Shown: positions 12,092 to 23,432, numbered from the whole stretch's first letter. The stretch: DNA of 63,116 nt, filler included, from Stramenopiles sp. TOSAG23-2 (GCA_900128395.1; 8 parts of 8 records of this genome joined end to end with filler, not necessarily neighbours in it), one strand, 5' to 3'. Numbers and translations are program-made. The notes: generated by a model not told the origin, from the sequence alone.

Positions 12092-12895
12092 ATGGCTAAA
12101 TCATCTAACATCCAAGCAGTATTCTTTGATGCAGGAAGGACCATATGGAATCGTGGTGGACAAAAAGACATTCATGAACCAGATCCACCAGAATTTGTTG
12201 AATATTGCCAACAATTTGGATTGGAAACAAACCAAATGATGATGGGACTTTGTATGCAAGCAACATTTGGAAATCCAAAAGCATTACGTGGACAAGTTGG
12301 TGGTGATGATTTCTTATATGATTCAACATATTTTCAAAATGAAGTGTTCCCAAAAGCTGATGAAAATATAGTAAAATTAATTAAAAATAATCAATTGTTA
12401 CCTTTAATTGATATTATGGCAATGGCACAATCTAGCTCTAGATTAGTTAGGCCTATTATTAATTTAATTGAAAGGTTACGTACCCCACCAGCAACATATA
12501 AAGAACGTGTAAAAATTGGTATTATTTCTGATAATATTGATTTTGGTTTTGAACATCCATATGTAATGTTTAGTCGGAAAGAAAATGATAATTTTGAATC
12601 AATACAACATCTATTTGATGATGTTGTGAATAGTTGTGAAATAGATATGTGTAAAGCAACTAATGCAGTTGGTATGTTAAAATTGGCCTGTGAAAGAATA
12701 AATGTCTCTCCAGAAAATTGTATTTTTATTGATGATTTACCTCACAATATTGAAAAAGCAAGAGAAATAGGTATGACAGGATTTGTTATTGATGTGAATG
12801 ATAAAACAAATGTAGATAATATTGTTAAATCTGTTGAATATTTATGTTATGGAATCAAGGAAAGTGGAATTAGTGAGACAAGAAGCAAGTTGTAA
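12092..12895 (+). CDS. HAD-superfamily hydrolase (sEH N-terminal/ACAD10-like phosphatase)
   Basis: Motif I AVFFDAGRT, motif II IISDN, and motif III/IV K...PENCIFIDDLPHNIEKAREIGM. First in-frame ATG is at 12092. Confidence 0.8.
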   Translation: MAKSSNIQAVFFDAGRTIWNRGGQKDIHEPDPPEFVEYCQQFGLETNQMMMGLCMQATFGNPKALRGQVGGDDFLYDSTYFQNEVFPKADENIVKLIKNNQLLPLIDIMAMAQSSSRLVRPIINLIERLRTPPATYKERVKIGIISDNIDFGFEHPYVMFSRKENDNFESIQHLFDDVVNSCEIDMCKATNAVGMLKLACERINVSPENCIFIDDLPHNIEKAREIGMTGFVIDVNDKTNVDNIVKSVEYLCYGIKESGISETRSKL

Positions 12896-13084
12896 AAATG
12901 TAAAAACTACGTATTGTAAAAATAATAAAAAAATATTATTTTTTTTTAAATAACACTGATAAATAAATCAAAAAAGGTATCTAAGATAAATTGTGTCTGT
13001 ATAAAAATTGTTTTAAACCTCTCTCTCTCGCTACACACACACACACACCCTTCCAAATATAATATATATATTATATATTAATTT

Positions 13085-13903
13085 TCAATAATCAACAGCA
13101 AATGGTGTTACCAATTGTGTTCTCATTTTATGTAAATCAGATGTTGATTTAGATTGATATGGTTGCTTTCGATAATGATATTTTCCCCAATTATCGTTTC
13201 TTCTTCTTGCAGTACGTCCTTCTTCATCACGTTCTGTTTCTGCTAATTTATACCATCCACCTCTTGCTGTTTGTATATAATTATCATTTCGTCTTCGACT
13301 TGGTACTTGATAATCTTGATTTACATGTGAGCCATAATCATTTCGTCTCCTAGCGGTTCTATTATTGTTGCCAGATTTATCATTACCATTGGATTGAATT
13401 AATGAATACATATTAGATGGATTTGTTAATTTATCATAATATCCACTTTGTGATAATTTATTTCGTTTATATTTACGACCTTCTAAATTTTTATCCAACC
13501 ATCTCGTCTTCCAATTATTTGATAATGGATCGTTTGCAAAATTTTGATCATATAATGCTTCTGTTCCAACTATATTAGATCTATTTCCTAAAATAGTCTT
13601 ATCTTTTTCACTTCGACTACTGTTACTATTATTTCTTTCATCATATTTCATTACTTTATTAATATTATTAATTCCTGTAACTAATTGATATGTATCCCAT
13701 TTCGTTGATGTACCAGCTGGAATTTCTTCATGTTTTTTTAATGTTCCATTTTTCAATTCGAAATTACGCCTTTCTAAATCTTGTGCACGCTCCGCTTCAC
13801 GGCGTTTTAACGGCGATAATTTGTCAGGACTAAGTTTAGCAATACCAAGTCTTCCATCATCATGTGCTAAAAATCCAGGTTGACTTAAATATGCTTTTCC
13901 ATT
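13085..13903 (-). CDS. Hypothetical hydrophilic protein; start codon uncertain
   Basis: Frame is open for 273 codons up to an in-frame TGA at 13906-13904. It has three RRRND repeats and ends TPFAVDY. No in-frame ATG near the 5' end, so an upstream exon or an indel is likely. Confidence 0.55.
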   Translation of the reverse strand, partial: NGKAYLSQPGFLAHDDGRLGIAKLSPDKLSPLKRREAERAQDLERRNFELKNGTLKKHEEIPAGTSTKWDTYQLVTGINNINKVMKYDERNNSNSSRSEKDKTILGNRSNIVGTEALYDQNFANDPLSNNWKTRWLDKNLEGRKYKRNKLSQSGYYDKLTNPSNMYSLIQSNGNDKSGNNNRTARRRNDYGSHVNQDYQVPSRRRNDNYIQTARGGWYKLAETERDEEGRTARRRNDNWGKYHYRKQPYQSKSTSDLHKMRTQLVTPFAVDY

Positions 13904-14655
13904 TCACGTGTATGTTTTTAAATAATAATAATGATATGTACAATTTTTTATATCTATCTACACGTTCCCTATACAAAATGAACGATGTATTTACAATATG
14001 TACATATAGATGTATACATCCGCCATGTCCAAATTGAATATATATATATATATATATGTCCTGTATCAAAAATAATAACAGCTCTTTTACCAACGATCAC
14101 TTTTAACTTTTTTTGAACCTGATGTGGAACCTTAATTTCCTTTTTTAAACTTTCCTATGTACAGTATTCACCTGCTATAGTGGTAATATACACTACATAG
14201 CATGGTAATGGTATTACTATATATTATATTTATTTTGGTCACTTCGTACTTATTCTATACTAAATATTATAATATATTCTATCAAACATTTACAATGAAA
14301 AAATTCGAATGAAGTCAGAAAATGATATGGAAAGTGTTTATTTTATTGTAAAATTTTTTAGTTTGTATGTCTATATGTCTATATATCTTGTTTGCTATAT
14401 ATACCTGGTACCTTTTTTAGGTAGGTGTAGAGGTAGAGGCCGAAAATGGAGGAGATCGCGAGATCGCTCAGTATCGATATGCATATATGGAACAATAAAT
14501 ATAGTCCAATTCGCCAAAGAGCCACAAGAGATCACATTTGCATTTAATATACGTTCAAAAGGTGTGGGAAAAGCAATAGTATTTGTGTGTAGGAATGCAA
14601 ATGGTATCTAGAGTATTAGTAGAGTAGGAAGAGGTATTTGGGGATTTAAACACTT

Positions 14656-14725
14656 GAGTGTGTGTAGAAAAAAATAAAAAATGTTTTTAAGAGTGTGTGT
14701 AGAAAAAAATAAAAAATGTTTTTAA
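14656..14725. repeat. 35-bp perfect tandem duplication
   Basis: GAGTGTGTGTAGAAAAAAATAAAAAATGTTTTTAA occurs at 14656-14690 and 14691-14725. Confidence 0.9.
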
Positions 14726-14966
14726 TACACACACACCATTTTTTATGATACCTGGTATTCGTACTCTCTTTTTTTTCACGTAAAAAATACTGCTTTTGTG
14801 TATTACATATACTTTTCAATATTTTAATTGTTGTCTCTCTAGATATGATATGTTGTGTATTAAAAAAGCTAAAATTAATTAACTACGTGACACACTCAGA
14901 GTATTACATATATAAAACTTTTGATAATTTGTTTGCTTCTACTTGAATCAATAATACGTATATAAA

Positions 14967-16571
14967 TCATTCCCCTTTCTTCTTATTATTATCACCATTA
15001 CCATTGCCATCAACCTTTCGTTTTTCAAGTAAATTTAAATTCTCCGCACAACGTTTAGCACTTGTATGTAAAAATCGTGAAGAACCGTATACAACATATT
15101 TAACATAATCTTTATCTTGTAAATGTTTTTGACAAATAGCACATCTTCGACCACGTTTATGTGAACGTTGTTTCATTTTTTTCTTGACTTTATACCATTG
15201 CATACTTTTATTATATTCACTATGACCTCTATTGCCTTTCTTTCTTTCACCTTGCTCTGCAGAACTAATATTTGCACGATTCACATATGTACGAACAATA
15301 AAACCATTTTTATTATTATTATTATTATCTTGTTTGCTTGGAATATTTACTTTTTTTAACCAAAATCCTTCAGCATCAACCATAATATGTGTTTTCTCAT
15401 CTTCTTTACCTAATTGTTTCCATACATTTAATGCAATTTCACTAGTAGGTAATTGTATTTTGATAGAATATCGATTATTATTTGCATTTTTTGATGATCC
15501 ATTATTATTATTACTATTATTGTTGTTGTTATCATTATTATTATCTACATTGTTACTACTTGTATCTACTCTGGATGATACTAACCAATTTAAATTATAA
15601 AATTCTTGAATTTTATTTTCTACATCTTCATCATCTATCGTATCATCTTTCATATAAAATTTCTTCAATTCATTTGTAACCACTATTTTTAATAATTTAT
15701 ATGCTTCATCACGATGTGATTCTAAAATAGAAAAAACTTGCAATGTAGAATACCATGGTGCAAATTCCAATGGTATCCATTTTTTACGTGGTTCACATTC
15801 TTTTAATAATTTTATTTCATTTACAACTAGTTTCAATGCAGAAATTGCATCTTCTACACTACTATGACCTTGATTACCTTCTTGTACTTTTAAATTTAAT
15901 ACATGTTGCATAACAAGTTTTAAACCAACATTTTTAAATGGTACACCAACATAGGAAAATAAATATGCTGTATCAATTAAACAATGGTTTTTAACGAATG
16001 GTATTACCTTGGTTGCTTTTAAATCATTTATCAAAGCATGGCCAACTAAATATACATTTGCACCAGCTAAATGTCTTCCAAGATCAATAAATAAAGATTG
16101 TGCTTCTATGAAACTTTTAATTTCATTATTTTCACGTTTCATATTTAATAATTCTTCCGATATACCAGATACATTTGTTCGATAATCAACAACTTCTTCA
16201 CCTGGTTCAACATATACATCAAGTACAGTATTATATGTTGGTATTTCATTTTCTTCTGCGTTATAAATTAATTCTACAACACTAAGACGTGCTAATTGTC
16301 GTTTATTCGTAACTGTTTCTATTGTTTCCACATCAACGCCTAATATACGACCAGGTGCAGAACGTATATATTCAGTATTTTCCCCAATAGTTTTCCATCC
16401 ATTAATATTTTGCTTTGCATTTGTATAAAAATGTTTATCAATACGAAATGCTATATGTCGTACACATTCATTCGCAAGTGTTTCAAATAAGGATATGATA
16501 CTAGGTGATATGACATTTGGTATATTAATTTTTTGTTTCTTACGTTTTGGTTCCATTGATAAGGATGTCAT
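14967..16571 (-). CDS. DEDDh 3'-5' RNA exonuclease (REX1/REXO1-like)
   Basis: Exo motifs LGVDVETI, LVGHALINDLKA, IDTA and GHSSVEDAISAL. ATG at 16571; a possible upstream exon could join via the acceptor near 16629. Confidence 0.85.
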   Translation of the reverse strand: MTSLSMEPKRKKQKINIPNVISPSIISLFETLANECVRHIAFRIDKHFYTNAKQNINGWKTIGENTEYIRSAPGRILGVDVETIETVTNKRQLARLSVVELIYNAEENEIPTYNTVLDVYVEPGEEVVDYRTNVSGISEELLNMKRENNEIKSFIEAQSLFIDLGRHLAGANVYLVGHALINDLKATKVIPFVKNHCLIDTAYLFSYVGVPFKNVGLKLVMQHVLNLKVQEGNQGHSSVEDAISALKLVVNEIKLLKECEPRKKWIPLEFAPWYSTLQVFSILESHRDEAYKLLKIVVTNELKKFYMKDDTIDDEDVENKIQEFYNLNWLVSSRVDTSSNNVDNNNDNNNNNSNNNNGSSKNANNNRYSIKIQLPTSEIALNVWKQLGKEDEKTHIMVDAEGFWLKKVNIPSKQDNNNNNKNGFIVRTYVNRANISSAEQGERKKGNRGHSEYNKSMQWYKVKKKMKQRSHKRGRRCAICQKHLQDKDYVKYVVYGSSRFLHTSAKRCAENLNLLEKRKVDGNGNGDNNKKKGE

Positions 16572-17729
16572 CTTTTGTTGTCGTTTGTTATTTTCTTCCT
16601 TCCTCAATTCCTTCTTTTTACAACTTTCCTATATAGAGTATAGTCAGATGTCAAAAATTTAAAATAAATTAATTAATAAATTACTGTAATATAATATATA
16701 TACCTACTGTATCTATTCAAATTGTATCGGTTGTTGATACAATTTTATCCAATCTAATCGTCGTATTATTATTATTATTACTATAATTATCACTACAAAA
16801 GAATATTTAATATTTTATATTTTAATATATATATATGTTTTCATATTTCACATCATCTTACTCTATCCATCTCCCAGATCTCTTTACCATCTATAATTTA
16901 ATTTCTTTCTGTTTCTGGTTCAATTTTTTCTTCCTCAATCATCTCCGCCATCCATTCTAAATTCGCGATTTTTACACGTTTTGCAATGCTGTGTGCCTGT
17001 ATTATATTTTATAAAATCGATGACCTTATGTAAAAATAAGACGGATGAAAACCTCAGGTGAGGTACACATAAGTATAGATTTAGTATACCATAAATACAT
17101 ATTTATATAGGATAATATCACAATAAAATCGGATATTCTATAGATATTTTTCATCCAAATTAACAAATTATAACCTTGCCAGATTGTTGGTCATTTTTGG
17201 ATTTTATGTATTTTATGATCTCCTCAAGATCAACCTATCAAATATCTATCTAGTATACTAAATATGTACTTATTTGAACGATTATTAGAATTATTGATTT
17301 TGCATTTTGCATTTCGCCATGGTTTCATTTTTTGCCAGATTGCCAGATTGGTGCATTCTCTGTGGCATTCGGCATTCTTGCATTTTTTTGGTGGATTTCT
17401 GGATTTATTATAGAGATTAAGATGAGAGCATCATTGCATGCCCGCATGATTGGTTAATTTATTATTGTAAATTTTTTATAATTGTTGATTGAATTTATAA
17501 TAAATGTATGTGCCATCAGTGTGTGTGTATTGGCAATTCGGTATAGATACTCGTAGATCAACAAACAATATTATTTGTTGTTTGGAAAGTATTATTATCA
17601 GTTAGACGTTGGTATATATATATTATTTCGGAACCACGACATTATTTTGGGATTTAAAATACGATTTATTTTGTTCCAGTAAAATTTCACATTGTTTTTT
17701 TTAGTATAATAATAATTGTAATATAGATA

Positions 17730-19853
17730 ATGAAACAATTTTTGAAATTAAAATGTAGAATAAAATTTCAAATTTTTATGATATCAATAATAATAATAAT
17801 AATACCATTTTTGATCACAAACGCACATGCATTAGCGCAGGAAACTACAACATCTCCCGTATCAACGTCATCATCATCAACAACAACAAGCCAAGATGAG
17901 AATAAAAATATCGCCTCCTCAACAAACGCAACAACATTAAAAGAAAAGAATAATCCATCATCGTCATCATCACCACCACCATTATATAAATTAAACATTA
18001 CTTCTTCCGATGGGTTGATTGGTCAAATACAAATAAACATGACAAATGGTACTGAACCAGTTGATGTTGTACATCAATTTTGTTTATCGCATGATTTACC
18101 TTTATCGAAACGACGGGAAATTTTAACAGTTGTCTGTTCAACTATCGCATGTCATCGATTACGTCCTATATTATATGTAAAGAAAATATATACAAATCCA
18201 TTATCAAAAAATAATAACGAGCAACCTGAATTAATTGGTACAGTACGAATAGTAGAAGGTCAAGAACCTGTTGATGTTATTACCAAATTTTACAAATCGC
18301 ATGATATGAAATTATCAATGAATGATGGACAACGTCAAAAAGATGTAGAAAGTGTATGTAAAGAAATAACATGTTCCAGACTTCATCCTATTATCTATAC
18401 AAAAACAATTGTATGGGATGGACAAGTATTGGATGATATTACCATTATGGAAACTCAAGAACCAGCAGATGCAGTACATGCATTTGCAGAGAAATTCTCT
18501 TTGCCATTACATGTTAGGCATAGTATGTTAAATCATGCTTGTACAAAAGTACAATGTTCAATACGACAGCCATTAAAACCTGGGCCGATGTATTCCATGG
18601 AAGATGCGGAATTGCAAATAAATGCACCTTTAAACGAAAGCTTAGTGCTAGGACCTACATTAATTGTAAAATATTCACTTATTATTTATGATAAAGAAAA
18701 ATTTGAAGCACAAGGCCATGCAATACACAGTTGTTTTCATGTTTTAAATTCAATGGATGAAATTGTTAGTCGTAATTATCAACCAGGAGTATCATGTCCA
18801 AATGTTTATCCACCAATTTTATATGGTATTAAGGATGGAGAATATACATTGGAAGGATGGTTAACAGATACCCCAGATCCAACACGAATGTTAACAGAGA
18901 AAACAAGAATAAAATTTCGTATGATGGATTTAGGTTCCAATAATGATGATAATGATGACAATTTGTATCCAAAATATAGAAAAAGTGATTATATATCAAA
19001 TGAAAATGAATATAAAACTGGTATAAAATTAGCAAATAAAATACGCAGCAGTGCAAAGAAAACAACAGTACATGATGTATTGGCAAGTATGCTACAAGCT
19101 GAATGGCCAAATGTTGCAGATCGCATGCAATTATCAGAAGTACATAATAAAAATATTGTACGTATGATAGAAAAACCTGATTTAAATAATGATATGGAAA
19201 ATATAATTCGTGGTTCAATGCATAGCTTTCATTTGCCATTATTAGTCATGACGCCGACAAATACTGTTTGGTATAAAATTGAAAATATAGATGTATTGGA
19301 TTTATATGGATTAAAATCATTAAATGGTAAGAATTGGATGACAGATGGTGCTGTAAATGGATGCCAAGCAATTGAGAAAAATTGGCATGCTATATATGAA
19401 AAATATTGTCGAACTGAACGAAATAGCCCAACTTCCTCTGCGGAGCATAAACCATCTTCTGTAATATTGTCTATGGTACGGAATGAAAAAGTATTCAATG
19501 GTATGCCTCGTAGTGCTGTTATAGTTGGCCAAAGTTTCGATTCGTATATGAGTGAAATGACAGTATGGGATGGGAACCATCGTTTAGTAGCATTGTTTGG
19601 AAAAGCATATATGAAAGCTAAAGGTTTAACATGTTTTAACAAGAAACAAAAAAATAATTGGGTTTTAAAAGATTCAAAATTAACATTATATATTGGATTG
19701 TCAAAAGAATTTCAATTGCCAAAAGGTCAAGGATCTTTATTTTGTAGATTAAAGGAACAAGATGAGACACAACAACGTGTACCTTTAGATGTTAGTGAAT
19801 ATACAAGAAAATTGATACATGTAAAAATTGCCAAGGAGCAAAATGGATTGTGA
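17730..19853 (+). CDS. Secreted or membrane-anchored protein with three Cys-containing repeats and a C-terminal ParB/Srx-like motif
   Basis: Hydrophobic N-terminus ending NAHALA, a Ser/Thr-rich linker, three EPxDxV...F...C...C.R..P repeats, and VWDGNHRLVAL near the C-terminus. Confidence 0.7.
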   Translation: MKQFLKLKCRIKFQIFMISIIIIIIPFLITNAHALAQETTTSPVSTSSSSTTTSQDENKNIASSTNATTLKEKNNPSSSSSPPPLYKLNITSSDGLIGQIQINMTNGTEPVDVVHQFCLSHDLPLSKRREILTVVCSTIACHRLRPILYVKKIYTNPLSKNNNEQPELIGTVRIVEGQEPVDVITKFYKSHDMKLSMNDGQRQKDVESVCKEITCSRLHPIIYTKTIVWDGQVLDDITIMETQEPADAVHAFAEKFSLPLHVRHSMLNHACTKVQCSIRQPLKPGPMYSMEDAELQINAPLNESLVLGPTLIVKYSLIIYDKEKFEAQGHAIHSCFHVLNSMDEIVSRNYQPGVSCPNVYPPILYGIKDGEYTLEGWLTDTPDPTRMLTEKTRIKFRMMDLGSNNDDNDDNLYPKYRKSDYISNENEYKTGIKLANKIRSSAKKTTVHDVLASMLQAEWPNVADRMQLSEVHNKNIVRMIEKPDLNNDMENIIRGSMHSFHLPLLVMTPTNTVWYKIENIDVLDLYGLKSLNGKNWMTDGAVNGCQAIEKNWHAIYEKYCRTERNSPTSSAEHKPSSVILSMVRNEKVFNGMPRSAVIVGQSFDSYMSEMTVWDGNHRLVALFGKAYMKAKGLTCFNKKQKNNWVLKDSKLTLYIGLSKEFQLPKGQGSLFCRLKEQDETQQRVPLDVSEYTRKLIHVKIAKEQNGL

Positions 19854-20143
19854 TAAATAATAATACGTACGAATAATAAAAAAAGTGTGTGTGTATGTGG
19901 CAAGAGAAGAGATATTTTTTGTATTTTTGTACGAGATATTATATATATATATATATTGCCTTTAAAATTTAAATTTAAATTGGCTGTAAAAACTAATCTA
20001 TATGATAATCCAACTATGCATAATTATCACACACTGAAAAAATTAAAAAAAAAATACGAGCTCGCTCGTACACGCGTATTAAAATTTTTATATAAAAATA
20101 CGCGCACATTATAGAGTTCGAATTAAATCAACCTGCAGAAAAT

Positions 20144-21013
20144 TTAATCAAAACATGTATTATTATTTATACAAAAATCTTTGTAATTTAATCCAATTGA
20201 TTGTGCTACTTCTGCAACTTGAATTGATGCAGTTGAACTTAATGTTGGTTTTCTTGCCAATACAAATGCAGTTGTATAATTTCCTTGCATTGTTGAACCA
20301 CATACGTATAGGAAAATAAATGGTTCTTTTTCTGCACTTGCATCTTTTACAACCATGTATGGTTCCATGTAATCCATTCCAAACATGGTACCAATATTAT
20401 ACAATGCACCAAAACCACCATCTGTTCGTATCGACATTTCACTAGTAACTGACATTAATGCAGGTTTATCATTTATATCTGGCATAGACCAATTACTTTG
20501 AAAATGCACGGCTGTATCATTATTATTGAAAAATCTTGCTCGTTGACATCCAAAGCATTCCAAAGGCTCGCCTAAACGCCATGCACGTACTTTGTACCAA
20601 ATGCCATTTAAATCTTTCATATTAAAATTTGGATCTCCTTTAATCTTTCCATTTGGCATAATACTTGACATTTCACATTTTGGATATCTAGTATCATTTC
20701 GTACAATAGGTGAACATTTATGTTCTTGGATGACACAGTGTAAGAAATTGTCACGTTTTTTATTATCAGGTGTCATACATTTATATGGATATAATGGATC
20801 AGTTGGTTTTAACGTTCCCATACAAGGTCCCATTTTTTCCAAATTAGCTGCACATACAGAATCTTTCAAACATTCAAATAAAGGTGATAAACAATTTCTA
20901 ACTACGCATGTTGAAGTACATACAGGTTGTAACCATTTTGGGCATTGAAGCCCATATGTTTGTGAGGAGATGGATAATAATAATACCAAAAACTTAATTA
21001 ATTTCATCATCAT
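20144..21013 (-). CDS. Violaxanthin de-epoxidase-like (VDE-family) lipocalin with signal peptide
   Basis: Cys-rich domain CVVRNC...ECLKDSVCAANL and lipocalin SCR1 NFNMKDLNGIWY. Also CFGCQ, GALYN and FIFLYVCG...Y..AFV, in the same order as in plant VDE. Confidence 0.7.
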   Translation of the reverse strand: MMMKLIKFLVLLLSISSQTYGLQCPKWLQPVCTSTCVVRNCLSPLFECLKDSVCAANLEKMGPCMGTLKPTDPLYPYKCMTPDNKKRDNFLHCVIQEHKCSPIVRNDTRYPKCEMSSIMPNGKIKGDPNFNMKDLNGIWYKVRAWRLGEPLECFGCQRARFFNNNDTAVHFQSNWSMPDINDKPALMSVTSEMSIRTDGGFGALYNIGTMFGMDYMEPYMVVKDASAEKEPFIFLYVCGSTMQGNYTTAFVLARKPTLSSTASIQVAEVAQSIGLNYKDFCINNNTCFD

Positions 21014-21561
21014 TATTAAAATTTCTAATATTTCTTTATTATTTCTAATATAATTTAATTAATTTTTGTATACTACTATAATACAAATATTTCCAATAGT
21101 TTCAAAATAGAAAATATCATACAATATTACATTCGAAGTAAACAAACTGAGATTATAATCATTTTTTTTGTAAAAGGTTATTCATTTTTTTCATTTTTCA
21201 ACTTGAATTTTTGTATGTATTTTTTAATTTTTTGTGGTAGTGCAACAACTCCAAGTTTAAGTGTGTTTTAGTTTCGAATTTAAGGAAATTGGAATATCGT
21301 TTCTTCCCTTGGTGGAAAATCTTTGTCTAATACCTTAACCTTTGTCTAATTTTAAATTTAAATTACATGAGTATACCAGGTATTCTAATTCATATAGGAA
21401 AAGATTATACTAAACACTACATTTATCAACAACCCCCACATGATCCCACATGTTTATAAAAATACAGCTCTCTATCTCCCCCAAGAGATAAGTAAAATGT
21501 AAGGTGATGAAAGTGTGCAGGAGGATTTCAAATAGTTGTATCCACTATATATATATAAAAC

Positions 21562-23328
21562 ATGAGTGGATATAAATTAAACATGAGCGATAACGATGAA
21601 AGCAATATTACTAGAGAAAAAGTAATGAAAGAAGATGATGTTTTTTGGAAACGAATGAAAAATATGTATTTTGATCAAATTCCATATACTGTAAATAATG
21701 AGAAAAATAAAAGATTAACACCAAAAATATGTAAATCAGTTGAATGGCTACGAGAAAATGTACCTGCATTGAAAAATATTATTAGCTTTGAGACGAAAAA
21801 TTTAGGCGATGATGTTGAAGGTCGTGAATTCCTAACTAATGGTGGTGGAGCAGCAAGTGTGGAAACTAGTAGATTAATATTTAAATATAAAGATCCAGAC
21901 GCAAGCGACAACGGTCCGACCTCCGTAATTTTTAAATATACGTCTTTAGGAAAACTAGCAGATGAGTTCAATGTTGGCTGGATAACTCGTAATATTCTAT
22001 ACAGACCAATTTTGAATATTGTATTGAATCGTTTAAATTATTGGAAAAAATATGATTTCATGAATAAATCCGACTTTAACAGTATTTTTCGTAAAATGTG
22101 GGTCAGTTCTTTCATGTTGTCCTATAGCGAATCTCTTTTTTATTCGAACAAAATTGGCTTTAAAGAACATCATCAATTTACACCAAAATCATATTATTCA
22201 GCATGTTATTGTGAGAAAAGAGGAATGTTACAATCAGATGGGAAATTCAATGTATTTAATAATTATTATTCAAATGGATTACCAGATATTGTCGCCCTTG
22301 TCATACTGGAAGATATAAAAGGATTTACCAGTGCACCCGGCCCAACCCAAGCGAAATCTGGTATCCATTACAATGTTTATGAAGCTTGTGCCAAAACACT
22401 AGCTCGGTTTCATGCTGTAGCATGGGGTAAAGCAACTGAAGCAGCTGCTAACATGAGTTGTTATACTGGTTCTTTCACCATGTATCTTTTTCAAGGAGTG
22501 GCTTTTCCAAATGGTATTGGCAACTTTATTCGTTGTGATATTGATGAAATTGCTAAGTTATGTGCAGAGGATGACAATATGCTTCCAATCATGCAAAATA
22601 ATGAAGTGAAAACAGTGTTGAAAAATTTACAAAAAGTATTTTCATCCAAAAATAATGCAATTCTAAGATTTCAATGGAAATTGCGATTAGGACAAATACA
22701 ACCAGATACAATTATTCATGGAGATCCACATTTATGGAATTTTTTATGGAAGCGGAAAGACAATGTATCTGGCAATATCGAAATTGATGAGGTAAAAATG
22801 ATTGATTTTCAATTACTTTCCGTCGGATTAGGTGGATGGGATTTGGCATATATGACAGAAATTGATTTGAAAACGTTTGACAGTTACGAAAAACGATTAC
22901 AATTATTAAAAGTATATCATGAAACATTAGAAACAGAGCTTGTAAAATATGGTAATGAAAAAAACGATGGGTTAACTAGCAAGGAGAGGTATGAAAAAAT
23001 AGAAAAAGATTTTACTTTTAGCTGGATAGTTTTTCAACTGTTTTTTGCACCAAGTTTAGCATTTTTAGGAAGTTATAAAAAGGAACGCAAAAAAACTTTA
23101 AAACGTGCTAAAATGAAAAAAGGAAATTGGATACAATATTTACAAAAAGAAAATGCAGAGAAAATTGCAAGATTTCAAAACGGGGATAAAAAAGTATTTA
23201 AAGACAATAGTAAATATGCCGAGGCTTTGTATGTATCCAATGGAAATTTGCAAATTACAGTTACTAATGGTTTGAAACAATTTGTAGAGATATGGAATAT
23301 GCATCCTGAATATTTTGGCGATGAATGA
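21562..23328 (+). CDS. Choline/ecdysteroid-kinase-like phosphotransferase; paralog of 520-2266
   Basis: LARFHA, IIHGDPHLWNF, MIDFQ and WDLAY motifs. Confidence 0.8.
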   Translation: MSGYKLNMSDNDESNITREKVMKEDDVFWKRMKNMYFDQIPYTVNNEKNKRLTPKICKSVEWLRENVPALKNIISFETKNLGDDVEGREFLTNGGGAASVETSRLIFKYKDPDASDNGPTSVIFKYTSLGKLADEFNVGWITRNILYRPILNIVLNRLNYWKKYDFMNKSDFNSIFRKMWVSSFMLSYSESLFYSNKIGFKEHHQFTPKSYYSACYCEKRGMLQSDGKFNVFNNYYSNGLPDIVALVILEDIKGFTSAPGPTQAKSGIHYNVYEACAKTLARFHAVAWGKATEAAANMSCYTGSFTMYLFQGVAFPNGIGNFIRCDIDEIAKLCAEDDNMLPIMQNNEVKTVLKNLQKVFSSKNNAILRFQWKLRLGQIQPDTIIHGDPHLWNFLWKRKDNVSGNIEIDEVKMIDFQLLSVGLGGWDLAYMTEIDLKTFDSYEKRLQLLKVYHETLETELVKYGNEKNDGLTSKERYEKIEKDFTFSWIVFQLFFAPSLAFLGSYKKERKKTLKRAKMKKGNWIQYLQKENAEKIARFQNGDKKVFKDNSKYAEALYVSNGNLQITVTNGLKQFVEIWNMHPEYFGDE

Positions 23329-23331
23329 TAT

Positions 23332-23431
23332 NNNNNNNNNNNNNNNNNNNNNNNNNNNNNNNNNNNNNNNNNNNNTTAATTAATTAANNNNNNNNNNNNN
23401 NNNNNNNNNNNNNNNNNNNNNNNNNNNNNNN
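23332..23431. other. Artificial contig linker
   Basis: 44N-TTAATTAATTAA-44N. Confidence 0.97.
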
Positions 23432-23432
23432 C

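Noticed and set aside
13860-13910. In-frame TGA at 13906-13904 (and TAA at 25827-25825) as evidence of stop-codon reassignment or selenocysteine
   Set aside because: TAA, TAG and TGA all terminate well-conserved genes in this window, and long ORFs have no internal stops. An upstream exon, an indel or pseudogenisation is simpler.
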